64,000 bases of DNA from an uncultured virus (IMG/VR IMGVR_UViG_3300031088_000821) (taxonomy: Duplodnaviria > Heunggongvirae > Uroviricota > Caudoviricetes). The position numbers and the translations under genes are program-made. Below are positions 9,718 to 18,648 of this stretch, piece after piece; positions within the stretch are counted from its first letter, which is position 1; every line of letters begins with the position of its first letter. The stretch lies in the IMG/VR virus record IMGVR_UViG_3300031088_000821; one strand, written 5' to 3'. The notes below the pieces were generated by a model that ran no database searches, had not been told where the DNA came from, and saw only the letters and a program-made list of their open reading frames with translations.

Positions 9718-10491
9718 ATGAACACCACCTTTGACCTCAAGAGCTTCCTGCTTCGGCGAACTGCTCCCGCGGAGCTCCGCGCCATGCGAGCTGATGGCAC
9801 ACTGGCGGCAAAGCTTCCCGAACTTGCCGCCATGGAAAGCAAGCACCGGGGTCACAAGGACAATGTGGAGCACTCCATTCAGGTGCTGGAAAATGCCAGA
9901 GAGCTCTCGGAGAGCCCCGATGACGTAGTGCTCTTCGCAGCGGCGCTTTTCCATGATGTGGGCAAGCCCAAGAGCCTTTCCTTTGAGGCTGGCAAGGCCA
10001 CCTTCCGGAACCATGAGCACATTGGTGCTAAAATGGCTCGCAAGTTCCTGGTGAAGTACGGCTTCACAGTGGATGAGATCCGCGAGATCGTAGTGCTCAT
10101 CCGCGAGCACATGAGGGGCCATACTTTCAAGGAGGGTTGGACTGATTCGGCTATCCGGCGACTGGCCAATGAGGCTGGCTCTATCCAGCAGATTAAGCGC
10201 CTCGGCGTGATTTTTGGATCGGACGCCACCACGAAGCATCAGGCTAAGAAGCGGGCGTTCCGCGCTAACGCCTTGGAGCTCCGAGACGCCATGCTCCGCG
10301 TGCTCCAGGAGGATGCCCTCAAGGCTCGCCGACCAGCCATCGATGGCAATCGGGTCATGGAGCTCACGGGACTGACACCTGGCCGAGAGCTCGGATCCAT
10401 CATGAAGTTCCTCAACTCCGAGGAGGGCTTGGCCCTGAATCGGGAGGAAGCCGAAGCCATTGCCATGGAAATGGCGTCCCTCGGGGCATGA
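9718..10491 (+). CDS. Stand-alone HD-domain protein resembling the C-terminal half of actinobacterial CCA-adding enzymes
   Basis: LPEL..HKDNVEHS..AALFHDVGKP..F.NHEHIGA..HMR..WTDSAIRR..PAIDGNRVMELTGLTPGRELG; no NTase head. Confidence 0.82.
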   Translation: MNTTFDLKSFLLRRTAPAELRAMRADGTLAAKLPELAAMESKHRGHKDNVEHSIQVLENARELSESPDDVVLFAAALFHDVGKPKSLSFEAGKATFRNHEHIGAKMARKFLVKYGFTVDEIREIVVLIREHMRGHTFKEGWTDSAIRRLANEAGSIQQIKRLGVIFGSDATTKHQAKKRAFRANALELRDAMLRVLQEDALKARRPAIDGNRVMELTGLTPGRELGSIMKFLNSEEGLALNREEAEAIAMEMASLGA

Positions 10492-10575
10492 GCTGAGTAG
10501 GCAGCTTTTTGGGTGATATGGAACTCTACAGATAGATAGACCCCAGGACTTTAAGCAGAGAGGAAGGAACTGGCT

Positions 10576-10929
10576 TTGCTTCATCTTTCTGCTGACACCC
10601 TCAAGGAGTTCTCGAAGGCCATCATGGCGGTGGGTGAGCTCGAAGAGTACCGCGACAGGGAAGGCAACCCCGTTCGGCGCTATGAATCGTCCGATCTAGA
10701 GGTGCTTTTCTCCCGATTGGATGGTAGCTGGAAGTTCACGGGGCTTTCCTTCTGGCTTTTTGGTGCCAACTTCATCGTGGATGAAACCGGCGCTGTCTAC
10801 GCCATAGATGAAGATGAGGATATTGAATCTGTAGACTCGGTATTCATGATTTCAGATCGAGACATGAAGCTGGCCATTCGGTCCTACATCCAATGGCGAG
10901 TAAACGTGGCTAGGAAGCTCCAGTTCTAG
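10576..10929 (+). CDS. Hypothetical protein
   Basis: TTG start with GGAAGGA SD. Confidence 0.55.
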   Translation: MLHLSADTLKEFSKAIMAVGELEEYRDREGNPVRRYESSDLEVLFSRLDGSWKFTGLSFWLFGANFIVDETGAVYAIDEDEDIESVDSVFMISDRDMKLAIRSYIQWRVNVARKLQF

Positions 10930-10991
10930 GCATCCATGGATTCCTAAAAGCTGCATTAGAACAGATCCTATCCATGAACTAGGAGGAAACC

Positions 10992-11462
10992 ATGGCAACA
11001 TACCATCTCACCCCCACCGGGCCAGATCGATGCCAAGCAGATCCCTCCAACCCCCGCGCTCGGGGCTGCCCCTACGGCAACGCCGGAGGTCCCCACTTCG
11101 ACAACATCGAAGACGCCCAGGCCGCCTATGAGGTGCAGATGGAGTCCCAGTATGGCCCCGGCGGCTTTGCAGCTGCTGCCCGCAAGCGCCACGAGCCTGC
11201 CTACAGGGCCTTCACACAGATGGAGAAACTCGAACGGAGCCACGAAGCCTACGCGATGGCTCAGAGCTATGCAGCAGCTCGAAGGGCGGCGCCAAGCAGA
11301 GGTTCCAGGAGCCGCTCTAGGAGCACCCAAGGAAAAATCTCTAAGCTCGCCATGAGGGGCGGGAAGCAGCTCTTTAAGGCTGTTGGACCCACGCCGCGAA
11401 ATGTGAAAAGATTCCACGACATGCTCCACAGGGGAACACTGGATCTCACGGGTGGCCGCTAG
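10992..11462 (+). CDS. Basic hypothetical protein with N-terminal HCCH module
   Basis: SD AGGAGG; MATYHLTPTGPDRCQADPSNPRARGCPYGNAGGPHFDNIEDA; Arg/Ser-rich C-terminus. Confidence 0.8.
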   Translation: MATYHLTPTGPDRCQADPSNPRARGCPYGNAGGPHFDNIEDAQAAYEVQMESQYGPGGFAAAARKRHEPAYRAFTQMEKLERSHEAYAMAQSYAAARRAAPSRGSRSRSRSTQGKISKLAMRGGKQLFKAVGPTPRNVKRFHDMLHRGTLDLTGGR

Positions 11463-11542
11463 GCGCTAGACTCGGAGTTGCTCTAGGGCGGGTCTCCATG
11501 ATAGGGTGAATGCTAACTGATCCCTAGCTAAGGACTTCTCCC

Positions 11543-13327
11543 ATGAAAAAACTTCTGGCGACCTTCGCCTTGGTGGGCCTCACGGTTGGTCTCGCTGCCT
11601 GTTCTCCCAGCGCCGATGATGGCATCGCCAATGACGGCTGCACCCCCATCGTAGTGGCTACCTCTTCCGAGAAGGTCAACCTCATGGAGGAGCTGGGCAC
11701 CAAGTTCAAGGACTCAGCGGAGCACAAAGGCCTTGACAGCTGCGCTACGGTGGTAGCTTCAAATGTGGCGTCTGGTAAGGCTGCTGAGCTGCTTAACCAG
11801 TCCACGGCCGAGTGGCGCGGAACGACACCGGCTCCATCTGTGTGGTCTCCCGCTTCTACTACCTGGACAGATAACGTGGCGTCCATCGCCGGGGAGAAAG
11901 TCGTAGCGGGCGCTGAATCCTTTGCTAGGACACCCATCGTCTTCGGCATGCCCGAGTCCATGGCAACCGCACTGGGCTATCCCGATAGGGACATCTCTAT
12001 CCAGGAGATCCATGATCTCATCGCTAGCCCCGAGGGCTGGGGATCCCAGGGTAAGGCACTTTGGGGATCTTTCAAGATCGCCAAAACCAATCCCAACACT
12101 TCTACTACGGGTCTCTCCACCATTCTCATGCAGAGCTACGCCGCTTCTGGCAAGCAGAAGGATCTAACAGTAGATGATGTGACTGCCGCCGAAGATTTCT
12201 CCCGGGTCTTCGAATCCGGAGCGATCCACTACGGAGACACCACCGGTAAGGTGCTTCAAAACCTCGCTGACAACGCTTCGGGAAGTGGCTCCTCCTACGT
12301 GAGCGCCATTGCCCTCGAGGAAACATCGCTCTACAACTACAACATTGGCAACCCCGACTCCCACACGGTGCAGCCCGGTGAGACGCTAACTCCGCCCGAA
12401 GAGAAGCTGGTGGCCATCTACCCCAGCGAGGGATCCATGTGGTCGGATAACCCCGCCGTTGTGCTCAATGCGAGCTGGGTAAAGCCCGAGGAAAAGGCAG
12501 CTGCTGAAGCCTTTGTAAAGTTCCTCCACACTAAGGCGGCTCAGGAAACCCTACCCTCCTACGGATTCCGCACCATCGATGATTCGGTGGATGTTTCGGA
12601 TAAGCTCAATGGCACTGTTGGCATCGATGCCTCAAAGCCGGCTGTGACGCTACCCAAGCCCGATCCCGCTGTGGTCTCGGCCGCCATTGACCAATGGGCA
12701 CAGATTCGCAAGCCATCGGCTATTCTTCAGCTCATCGACATTTCCGGCTCTATGGATGACAGCATCGGCAACGGCAAGTCGAAGCTCACCGCCGCCATCG
12801 AGGCAGCTCAGGGCACCCTCGAAGATGTCCGACCCACGGATGAGATCGGCGTTTGGGCGTTCACCACTGGGCTCACTTCAACCATCGACGGTAAAAACTC
12901 CAATGTGGCGGTGGAAGTTCGACCCTTCGGAGAGCTCGGGGACGCCAAGGAGTCCCTCAAGAGCGACATCGGAGACCTCACCCACACGAATCGCCAGGGC
13001 ACTCCCCTCTATGATGCCGTTGATACTGCCTACAGCTACATGAAGAACCACGCAGAGACTGGTCGCATCAATGCCATCGTGGTGATTTCCGATGGTGCCG
13101 ATACGGACTCTTCTAGCTCTGTAAACAGCCTCATCCAGAGAATCAAGGCTGACCAGGGCGAGGGCGCCAACACTGATGCGGTGAAGATCTTCGCCATCGG
13201 CTTCGGCGATGGCGCTGACATGGAATCGCTAGAAAAGCTTGCTAAAGCTTCGGGCGGTCAGGTCTTCGATGCCACCGACCCCGAGCGACTCAATGAGGTA
13301 TTCCAGTCCGTTATGAGAAACTTCTGA
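11543..13327 (+). CDS. Lipoprotein: substrate-binding domain fused to a vWA domain
   Basis: Lipobox LAAC; WSPASTTW..TNPNTSTTG SBP region; MIDAS DISGSM, TPLYDA, ISDG. Confidence 0.88.
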   Translation: MKKLLATFALVGLTVGLAACSPSADDGIANDGCTPIVVATSSEKVNLMEELGTKFKDSAEHKGLDSCATVVASNVASGKAAELLNQSTAEWRGTTPAPSVWSPASTTWTDNVASIAGEKVVAGAESFARTPIVFGMPESMATALGYPDRDISIQEIHDLIASPEGWGSQGKALWGSFKIAKTNPNTSTTGLSTILMQSYAASGKQKDLTVDDVTAAEDFSRVFESGAIHYGDTTGKVLQNLADNASGSGSSYVSAIALEETSLYNYNIGNPDSHTVQPGETLTPPEEKLVAIYPSEGSMWSDNPAVVLNASWVKPEEKAAAEAFVKFLHTKAAQETLPSYGFRTIDDSVDVSDKLNGTVGIDASKPAVTLPKPDPAVVSAAIDQWAQIRKPSAILQLIDISGSMDDSIGNGKSKLTAAIEAAQGTLEDVRPTDEIGVWAFTTGLTSTIDGKNSNVAVEVRPFGELGDAKESLKSDIGDLTHTNRQGTPLYDAVDTAYSYMKNHAETGRINAIVVISDGADTDSSSSVNSLIQRIKADQGEGANTDAVKIFAIGFGDGADMESLEKLAKASGGQVFDATDPERLNEVFQSVMRNF

Positions 13328-13359
13328 GCAACTCACTAGCTCCGAAAGGACCCCAAGCC

Positions 13360-14409
13360 ATGAAGACCTTTTCAAAGGTGTTGGCAACGCTGGGCGCGAT
13401 CCTAAGCGCCGTTTTCCTCCTGGGCGCGCAACCCGCAATGGCGGCCTCCAGTAGCGACGCAGCGGCGTGTCTAGAGTCTTCTGACGTGTGTTTCCTCGGG
13501 GGAGCGTCAGTGGACAATCCGAGTGGACTCCAATCGGCAGTTGGTGACAGCTTTAAGGTAGTAGTGGCACCCGATGATGGCACCATCTCCGTGAACCCCA
13601 ATGGCTTTGCAGCGAGCGTTGCCCAAGAGGCCGGGCTAAGCGATCTCATAGTGATCGTAGACATGCCAAAAGACCGCTTCGGAGTCTACTCCGAGAGCGG
13701 AGACACCACGGAGATTCTCACGGCTCTCAATGGCGCCAATCTCGCGGATGGTGGAGAGGCCATCCAGCAAGCAAATGTGGAATCCCTGCTAGCTGAAAAG
13801 CCCTCCACTGGTGAAGACCTTAACCTCGGTGGAGTCGCTGCTCTCGTTGGGATTCCATTGGTCTTGGCGATGGCTGTGGTGGTGCCTGTGGTGATTCTAC
13901 GCCGGCGCAAGTTGACTGCTCAAAGCAAGAAAAACGCCAAGGTCGTTCTGGATCTTCGCGGATTGGAGCTTTCGGAAGCGCTTACCCGTGAGCTGAACCG
14001 CTTCAGCGCCATCATCAATGGCTACAGGGGTAGCTCTGGGGCTCTAGATCAGGCTTCCCAGATCGGGGCAAGCATCCAAAGTCATCTGGGACAGCTTTTT
14101 AGCAGGATCAAGAAAAAGGGCTCCGAGCAAAGCCGCAGGCTCGCCGATCAGAAGTACCAGGGAATCATGGCCAAAGCCAATGATCTCGCGGGCGCAGACT
14201 ATCTGGGTGACATTGTGCTCCATCCTGACCTTTGGAATGAACCCCACCAGAAGATCTCTAGTGTTCTCCATGCCCTGGAGTCCGTCGACTCACAGATCGT
14301 GGACAACATCCGGCAGATAAACGCCTCCAAGGAGCTAGAGTTCCGGGTAGCTTTGGATTCTCTGCTCCAGGACGAACGGGATCAGTCTAAAAAGGCCTAC
14401 GGAGGCTAG
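13360..14409 (+). CDS. Membrane protein with extracellular N-domain and helical C-domain (XpaC-like, paralog 1)
   Basis: Signal peptide, TM helix, C-terminal NIRQINASKELEFRVALDSL shared with the next two ORFs. Confidence 0.65.
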   Translation: MKTFSKVLATLGAILSAVFLLGAQPAMAASSSDAAACLESSDVCFLGGASVDNPSGLQSAVGDSFKVVVAPDDGTISVNPNGFAASVAQEAGLSDLIVIVDMPKDRFGVYSESGDTTEILTALNGANLADGGEAIQQANVESLLAEKPSTGEDLNLGGVAALVGIPLVLAMAVVVPVVILRRRKLTAQSKKNAKVVLDLRGLELSEALTRELNRFSAIINGYRGSSGALDQASQIGASIQSHLGQLFSRIKKKGSEQSRRLADQKYQGIMAKANDLAGADYLGDIVLHPDLWNEPHQKISSVLHALESVDSQIVDNIRQINASKELEFRVALDSLLQDERDQSKKAYGG

Positions 14410-14515
14410 ACAATAGCTGGATCTTAGCCCAAAACAGCTCTTTCAGGCTAGCGAAGATGTCATCCATGTACTTTCGCTAGGATGGCTACTAGCAAACCAT
14501 AGAGATAGGATTTCC

Positions 14516-15868
14516 ATGAAGTCACCAACCGCTAGCGGTGCGTCAAAGCGGGCCATCAGCTCCCCAGTGGTAAAGATTTTGACTTTCATGGGAGCCCTTT
14601 TTCTCTCCATGGGCATCGCAACAACAGCCCAAGCCGCCGATAGCACTCCCGCCACCCTCGATGCCATTGGCGATTTCCTCGAAGATTGCCAAAAACAGGG
14701 CTACACTTTCTGCAAAGATGACGGGGTGGAACTGCAGGCAGAGACAGAGCTTTCGAGGGAGCTATACGGGACAGCTAGCGCTATTGCAATAGGAGCGCCA
14801 ACTGAAGAAAAGGACCCCGAATCCTGGCAATCCCTAGCAGAAGAGGTGGCTGAATCCACTGGCACAAAGAACTTCATTCTCATCGTAGATCAACCAGGAA
14901 CCACTCCCGACGGTGTCTATCTAGCTGGCTTTGGTGGATCCCGAGAGGAGCTCAAGGCCAGCATTGCAGCAGCGCTTGAGGACAATCCAGATGGCAGCCT
15001 TGCTATCATAGGCGCTAACATCGGGGATACCCTGGGGACGATTCCTGCGGAAGCGCTTGAAGACACTGTTAGTGAAACGCTGCAAAGCGTTTTAGATCTC
15101 ATGATGAAGTTCTTCCCCTACATGCTATTGCCTTTGGTGCTCATGGCAGTGGTGAAGATCACCCAAGCCATCATGTACGGCGGAAGCTATGGCTATTCTT
15201 CAACGGCCTCACGGAGCTATGAGTCTGGAGAAGCCAAGAAGGAGAGACTTGCGAAAGAGGCTAAAGCAAAACAGGCCCTAGAAGACGAGAGGCGTAGAGC
15301 AGCAAAGGCCCAGGCCAAAAAAGAGAAGGAAAAAGCTCTAAGAGAAGCTGCAGAGAGGCTCCAAAAAGAGAAAGAGCTCGCAAGTCAGGAAGCCTCTGAC
15401 AGGGCCAATCAGATCGTTGGCATTAGCGCTGGCGCTCGTCGGGAATATGAGATCTTTGCCGCCACGGCGGTTCGCTATGGGGATTCATCCAATGGGGATC
15501 TCCAAACAGCGGCTAAAAAGGCCAAGAAGCTGTTGGAGAGACTGGATACGCTCTACGAGCGAGCCGGAATGCTCTCATCGGAGTCCGTGATCTCAAATCT
15601 CAATCGCAGCTACGCTAAAAGCATCAAGAATCTCAACAAAGTATTTTCTGAGAACTACTTCGAAGAGGTCGCCCTTGAAGGGGAACTCTGGCGGAACAGT
15701 AGAGCGAAAATAGCTCGGGCCCTAGGTATTTTGGACAGCTTTGAGGCTCAAGTGCTCAGAAACATCCAGCAGATCAATGAATCTCGAGAGCTGGAGTTCG
15801 AGGTTGCCCTAGATAGGCTTATCCAGGAAAGCGCAGATGATGTAAAAACTGCCTACAACAAGAGCTGA
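14516..15868 (+). CDS. Membrane protein, XpaC-like paralog 2
   Basis: Signal peptide, TM, coiled coil, C-terminal NIQQINESRELEFEVALDRL. Confidence 0.65.
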   Translation: MKSPTASGASKRAISSPVVKILTFMGALFLSMGIATTAQAADSTPATLDAIGDFLEDCQKQGYTFCKDDGVELQAETELSRELYGTASAIAIGAPTEEKDPESWQSLAEEVAESTGTKNFILIVDQPGTTPDGVYLAGFGGSREELKASIAAALEDNPDGSLAIIGANIGDTLGTIPAEALEDTVSETLQSVLDLMMKFFPYMLLPLVLMAVVKITQAIMYGGSYGYSSTASRSYESGEAKKERLAKEAKAKQALEDERRRAAKAQAKKEKEKALREAAERLQKEKELASQEASDRANQIVGISAGARREYEIFAATAVRYGDSSNGDLQTAAKKAKKLLERLDTLYERAGMLSSESVISNLNRSYAKSIKNLNKVFSENYFEEVALEGELWRNSRAKIARALGILDSFEAQVLRNIQQINESRELEFEVALDRLIQESADDVKTAYNKS

Positions 15869-15932
15869 TTGGATATGTCATGGGTAGGCAATGGTTAGCT
15901 AGAGTTGCCAAAGCCCAAATGTTCGTATAAAG

Positions 15933-16994
15933 TTGGAGCTAATCAGATCAGCTCCATTTGGGTCCCCGGGGAGAATAGTTGTGCTAGAGTTCATCATAAG
16001 CTCATTTGCTTTTTTGCTAGCCGCTGCGGTTCCCGCAATGGGGGTGCTTACTATCGCTAGGTCGCCCCGGGTGCGGTATGCACTAAGAGGCCGCGGGAAA
16101 GCAGCCCTTGGAGCCAACAGAGGAGCCTTGGATTTTTCCAGCTCCAATAGCTATGGCAAGGAAATGGCCAACCTCAAGAGTAGCACTTCAAAGCGCTACG
16201 AGGAAGAGCTAACAGTGCTTCGGAATAGAGCTGAAGAAAACAGCGGCTATTCAGTTTACGGCTATATTCAAGGTGTGCTCGAGAAGTTCAGCTATCTCCA
16301 AACCATCGAGCTGCCCCACCAGATTCGCCTAGCGGCAGAGCTGCGCTACGTGGCTATTCTCGAAAAGCTCAATCAGCTTCTAGCTCCCGATTACTACGCT
16401 GACTTCTTGGAAAATCCTAGCCACTGGGAAAGTCCTGATCGGAAAATCGAGCAGGTGGAGCGAGCGCTCCGCAACCTTTCCGCCAACTTGGATGCGGATA
16501 TTCGGAGCGCCAATAGCTCAAGATCAGATGAGTTCGAAGTTGCCGCTCAGGTTCTACTAGGAGTAGAGGATAGCGAAAAGCGAGAAAGCCTGGAGTCTTT
16601 TAACATCATAGAAGAGCTCCAGGGTTACGATTTAGAGCTAGAATCCCTGCTAACAACATCAAAACAGGAACTCAAAGCCATTGAGGCCGCCACAAAGGGG
16701 GAGCTCGAAGCCCTCGATGGCGCACCACTGGACAGGCGAACCATCGCTTACTCAAAATATTCAAATGGTTTTCTCTACTCGATATGGGTGGATAACCCCA
16801 ATGGAGAAGCGGGCTCTCATAGCTACGCGCTCCAGGTGGAGGATCTCATTGAGGGCACAATGAGATGGGAATCTTTTGAAGCTCTCCATTGGGCTGCGTC
16901 CCGGGCGGATGAGCTCATTACCGCCGAAGCTGAAAAACACGAAGACACCCACCGCTGCGCCTATTGCGCATTTGACTATTCTCCCGAAACATGA
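15933..16994 (+). CDS. Membrane protein, XpaC-like paralog 3 with extra C-terminal domain
   Basis: N-terminal TM; DIRSANSSRSDEFEVAAQVL; C-terminal H-x4-H-x-CxxC; start uncertain. Confidence 0.6.
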   Translation: MELIRSAPFGSPGRIVVLEFIISSFAFLLAAAVPAMGVLTIARSPRVRYALRGRGKAALGANRGALDFSSSNSYGKEMANLKSSTSKRYEEELTVLRNRAEENSGYSVYGYIQGVLEKFSYLQTIELPHQIRLAAELRYVAILEKLNQLLAPDYYADFLENPSHWESPDRKIEQVERALRNLSANLDADIRSANSSRSDEFEVAAQVLLGVEDSEKRESLESFNIIEELQGYDLELESLLTTSKQELKAIEAATKGELEALDGAPLDRRTIAYSKYSNGFLYSIWVDNPNGEAGSHSYALQVEDLIEGTMRWESFEALHWAASRADELITAEAEKHEDTHRCAYCAFDYSPET

Positions 16995-17040
16995 CAAAAT
17001 ATATCCAAATGAGTGCCAACCTCACTAGCTAAGGAGCCCC

Positions 17041-18453
17041 ATGGCCGCCGAAAACAACCCGCTTGAAACTCAGGTAGCGACAGCTGCCAGCGAAAGCGCT
17101 GTAGACACAGATTTCACCGCACTTCTCTCCATGGACGACACCCGCGAGGTAGGTCCCACCAACCCTCTGGAGACCGCTCTAGCTACTGTAGATAAGAGCA
17201 AGGAACTGGCCGCCACGAGCCCCCAGGATGCTAAGTTCCGCTTCCGGGAGCTGCTCACCCCCCAGCAGCGAGCTGATCTTGAAAAGGGTGCGCCTCTCGT
17301 GGCCCAGTCCTTCATCAAGGACGTGAACCAGATCATGGCCTTTGGTGGCGGCACCATCGAGAAGATGAAGCAGTTCTCGGTGCAGATGCTGGACGCTCAG
17401 AAGCGGGTCGAGATTCCCGAGGCTGATCGCATCATTGGTGATCTCCTCCGCGAAATGGATGGCTTCTCCAAGAAGTATCGCAATGCGAAGTTCGAGGACT
17501 TCGGCAAGAAGGTGATGGGCATCTTCAAAACGGCGAAGTACTCCATCAAGACCATGGCCCGAGACATGAAGCCCCTCGAGGAGAAGCTGGATCTCGTGGA
17601 GCTCAAGCTCGAAGAGATGGACTCTCAGCTGGCTGACAATGTAACTCGTGGACAGATTCTCCACAGCAAGATCCTTGAGCAGATGAAGGAAGTTGTTTCC
17701 GTACTCGCTGCCCTCGAAGAGATCATCGAGCTCATCCGCAAGGAATACGAAGAGGCCAATGGCGCCCTGCAGGAAGCTACAGCCATGGGTGAAGAGTTTG
17801 TGGTCTACAAGGGAGAGCGGATCACCACCAGCGAGCTTCAGTCCATCACCGAGAACATTTCCACCTCCCTTTCGGAGGCGGAGAAGAGCTGGCACGACTG
17901 GCGCCAGCAGTTCTTCATGGGCTGGGGTAACGCACCCGCCACTCGAAACCTGGTCATCACCACCATCGCCCTGCGCCGCCGGCTCAAGACCTTCAAGGAC
18001 ATGGGTATCCAGTCGGGTCGTCAGGCTCTCGTCACCTGGAAGCAGGCCGCTGAAGCCCGCAAGGGTGCTGAACTTGGCATGGCTGTCCAAGAGGGTGCCA
18101 ACAAGATGATTCAGTACGCCTACAAGGAAGTTGCGGACACTACGAAGATGATCGCGGAGGCCTCTCAGGCTCCCATCATCAGCGAGGAAACCGTCCACGC
18201 AGTCATCGACTCGGTTCGGAGCCAGGCCAAGTCCATTGTGGAGGCCGACCGCCAGGGCCGCGCCCTCCGAGCCCGCAATCTCCAGGCGCTGGAGCGGGGC
18301 GAAGTCCAGATCAAGGACGAGGTTCTCGCCATGCAGGAGCAGCTCGCAGCTAACGCTCGCCAGGATCCCGGCATCATCCAGAGCCGCGGCGATGCCAAGG
18401 CCGTTGGCAAGGGTGATAACACTGATCTGATTCAGCAGCTCACCCAGCAGTAG
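17041..18453 (+). CDS. Toxic anion resistance protein (TelA/KlaA family)
   Basis: Helical protein with the TelA pattern (FGG..IE..FS..ML..IGDLL..MDGF, long coiled coil, late WK, AQEGANKMI); context with vWA and XpaC-like genes. Confidence 0.7.
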   Translation: MAAENNPLETQVATAASESAVDTDFTALLSMDDTREVGPTNPLETALATVDKSKELAATSPQDAKFRFRELLTPQQRADLEKGAPLVAQSFIKDVNQIMAFGGGTIEKMKQFSVQMLDAQKRVEIPEADRIIGDLLREMDGFSKKYRNAKFEDFGKKVMGIFKTAKYSIKTMARDMKPLEEKLDLVELKLEEMDSQLADNVTRGQILHSKILEQMKEVVSVLAALEEIIELIRKEYEEANGALQEATAMGEEFVVYKGERITTSELQSITENISTSLSEAEKSWHDWRQQFFMGWGNAPATRNLVITTIALRRRLKTFKDMGIQSGRQALVTWKQAAEARKGAELGMAVQEGANKMIQYAYKEVADTTKMIAEASQAPIISEETVHAVIDSVRSQAKSIVEADRQGRALRARNLQALERGEVQIKDEVLAMQEQLAANARQDPGIIQSRGDAKAVGKGDNTDLIQQLTQQ

Positions 18454-18466
18454 CGCCACCCCGGAG

Positions 18467-18493
18467 AGCCCCTCGCCATAACGGCGAGGGGCT
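18467..18493 (+). terminator. Stem-loop after telA-like gene
   Basis: AGCCCCTCGCC-ATAAC-GGCGAGGGGCT perfect 11-bp stem. Confidence 0.7.
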
Positions 18494-18613
18494 GCCTTAC
18501 GTTGGGATGCCTCTAGCTCATGCGAGATTGCCATCTGAGCGCCCATAATCACTTCACCAATAGATCATGCATCTTCGAGCATAGAGGCGCTTAAATCGCC
18601 AGTCCGATGAAAG

Positions 18614-18642
18614 TTGATCTTCCTCCACGTTTGGCATATGAT
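18614..18642 (+). promoter_or_regulatory. Sigma70-type promoter TTGATC-17-TATGAT, leaderless
   Basis: -10 ends 6 nt before ATG 18649. Confidence 0.7.
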
Positions 18643-18648
18643 TGAACC

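Noticed and set aside
17179..18552. 457-aa minus-strand ORF
   Set aside because: Antisense shadow of the strongly codon-biased telA-like gene; no recognisable motifs.
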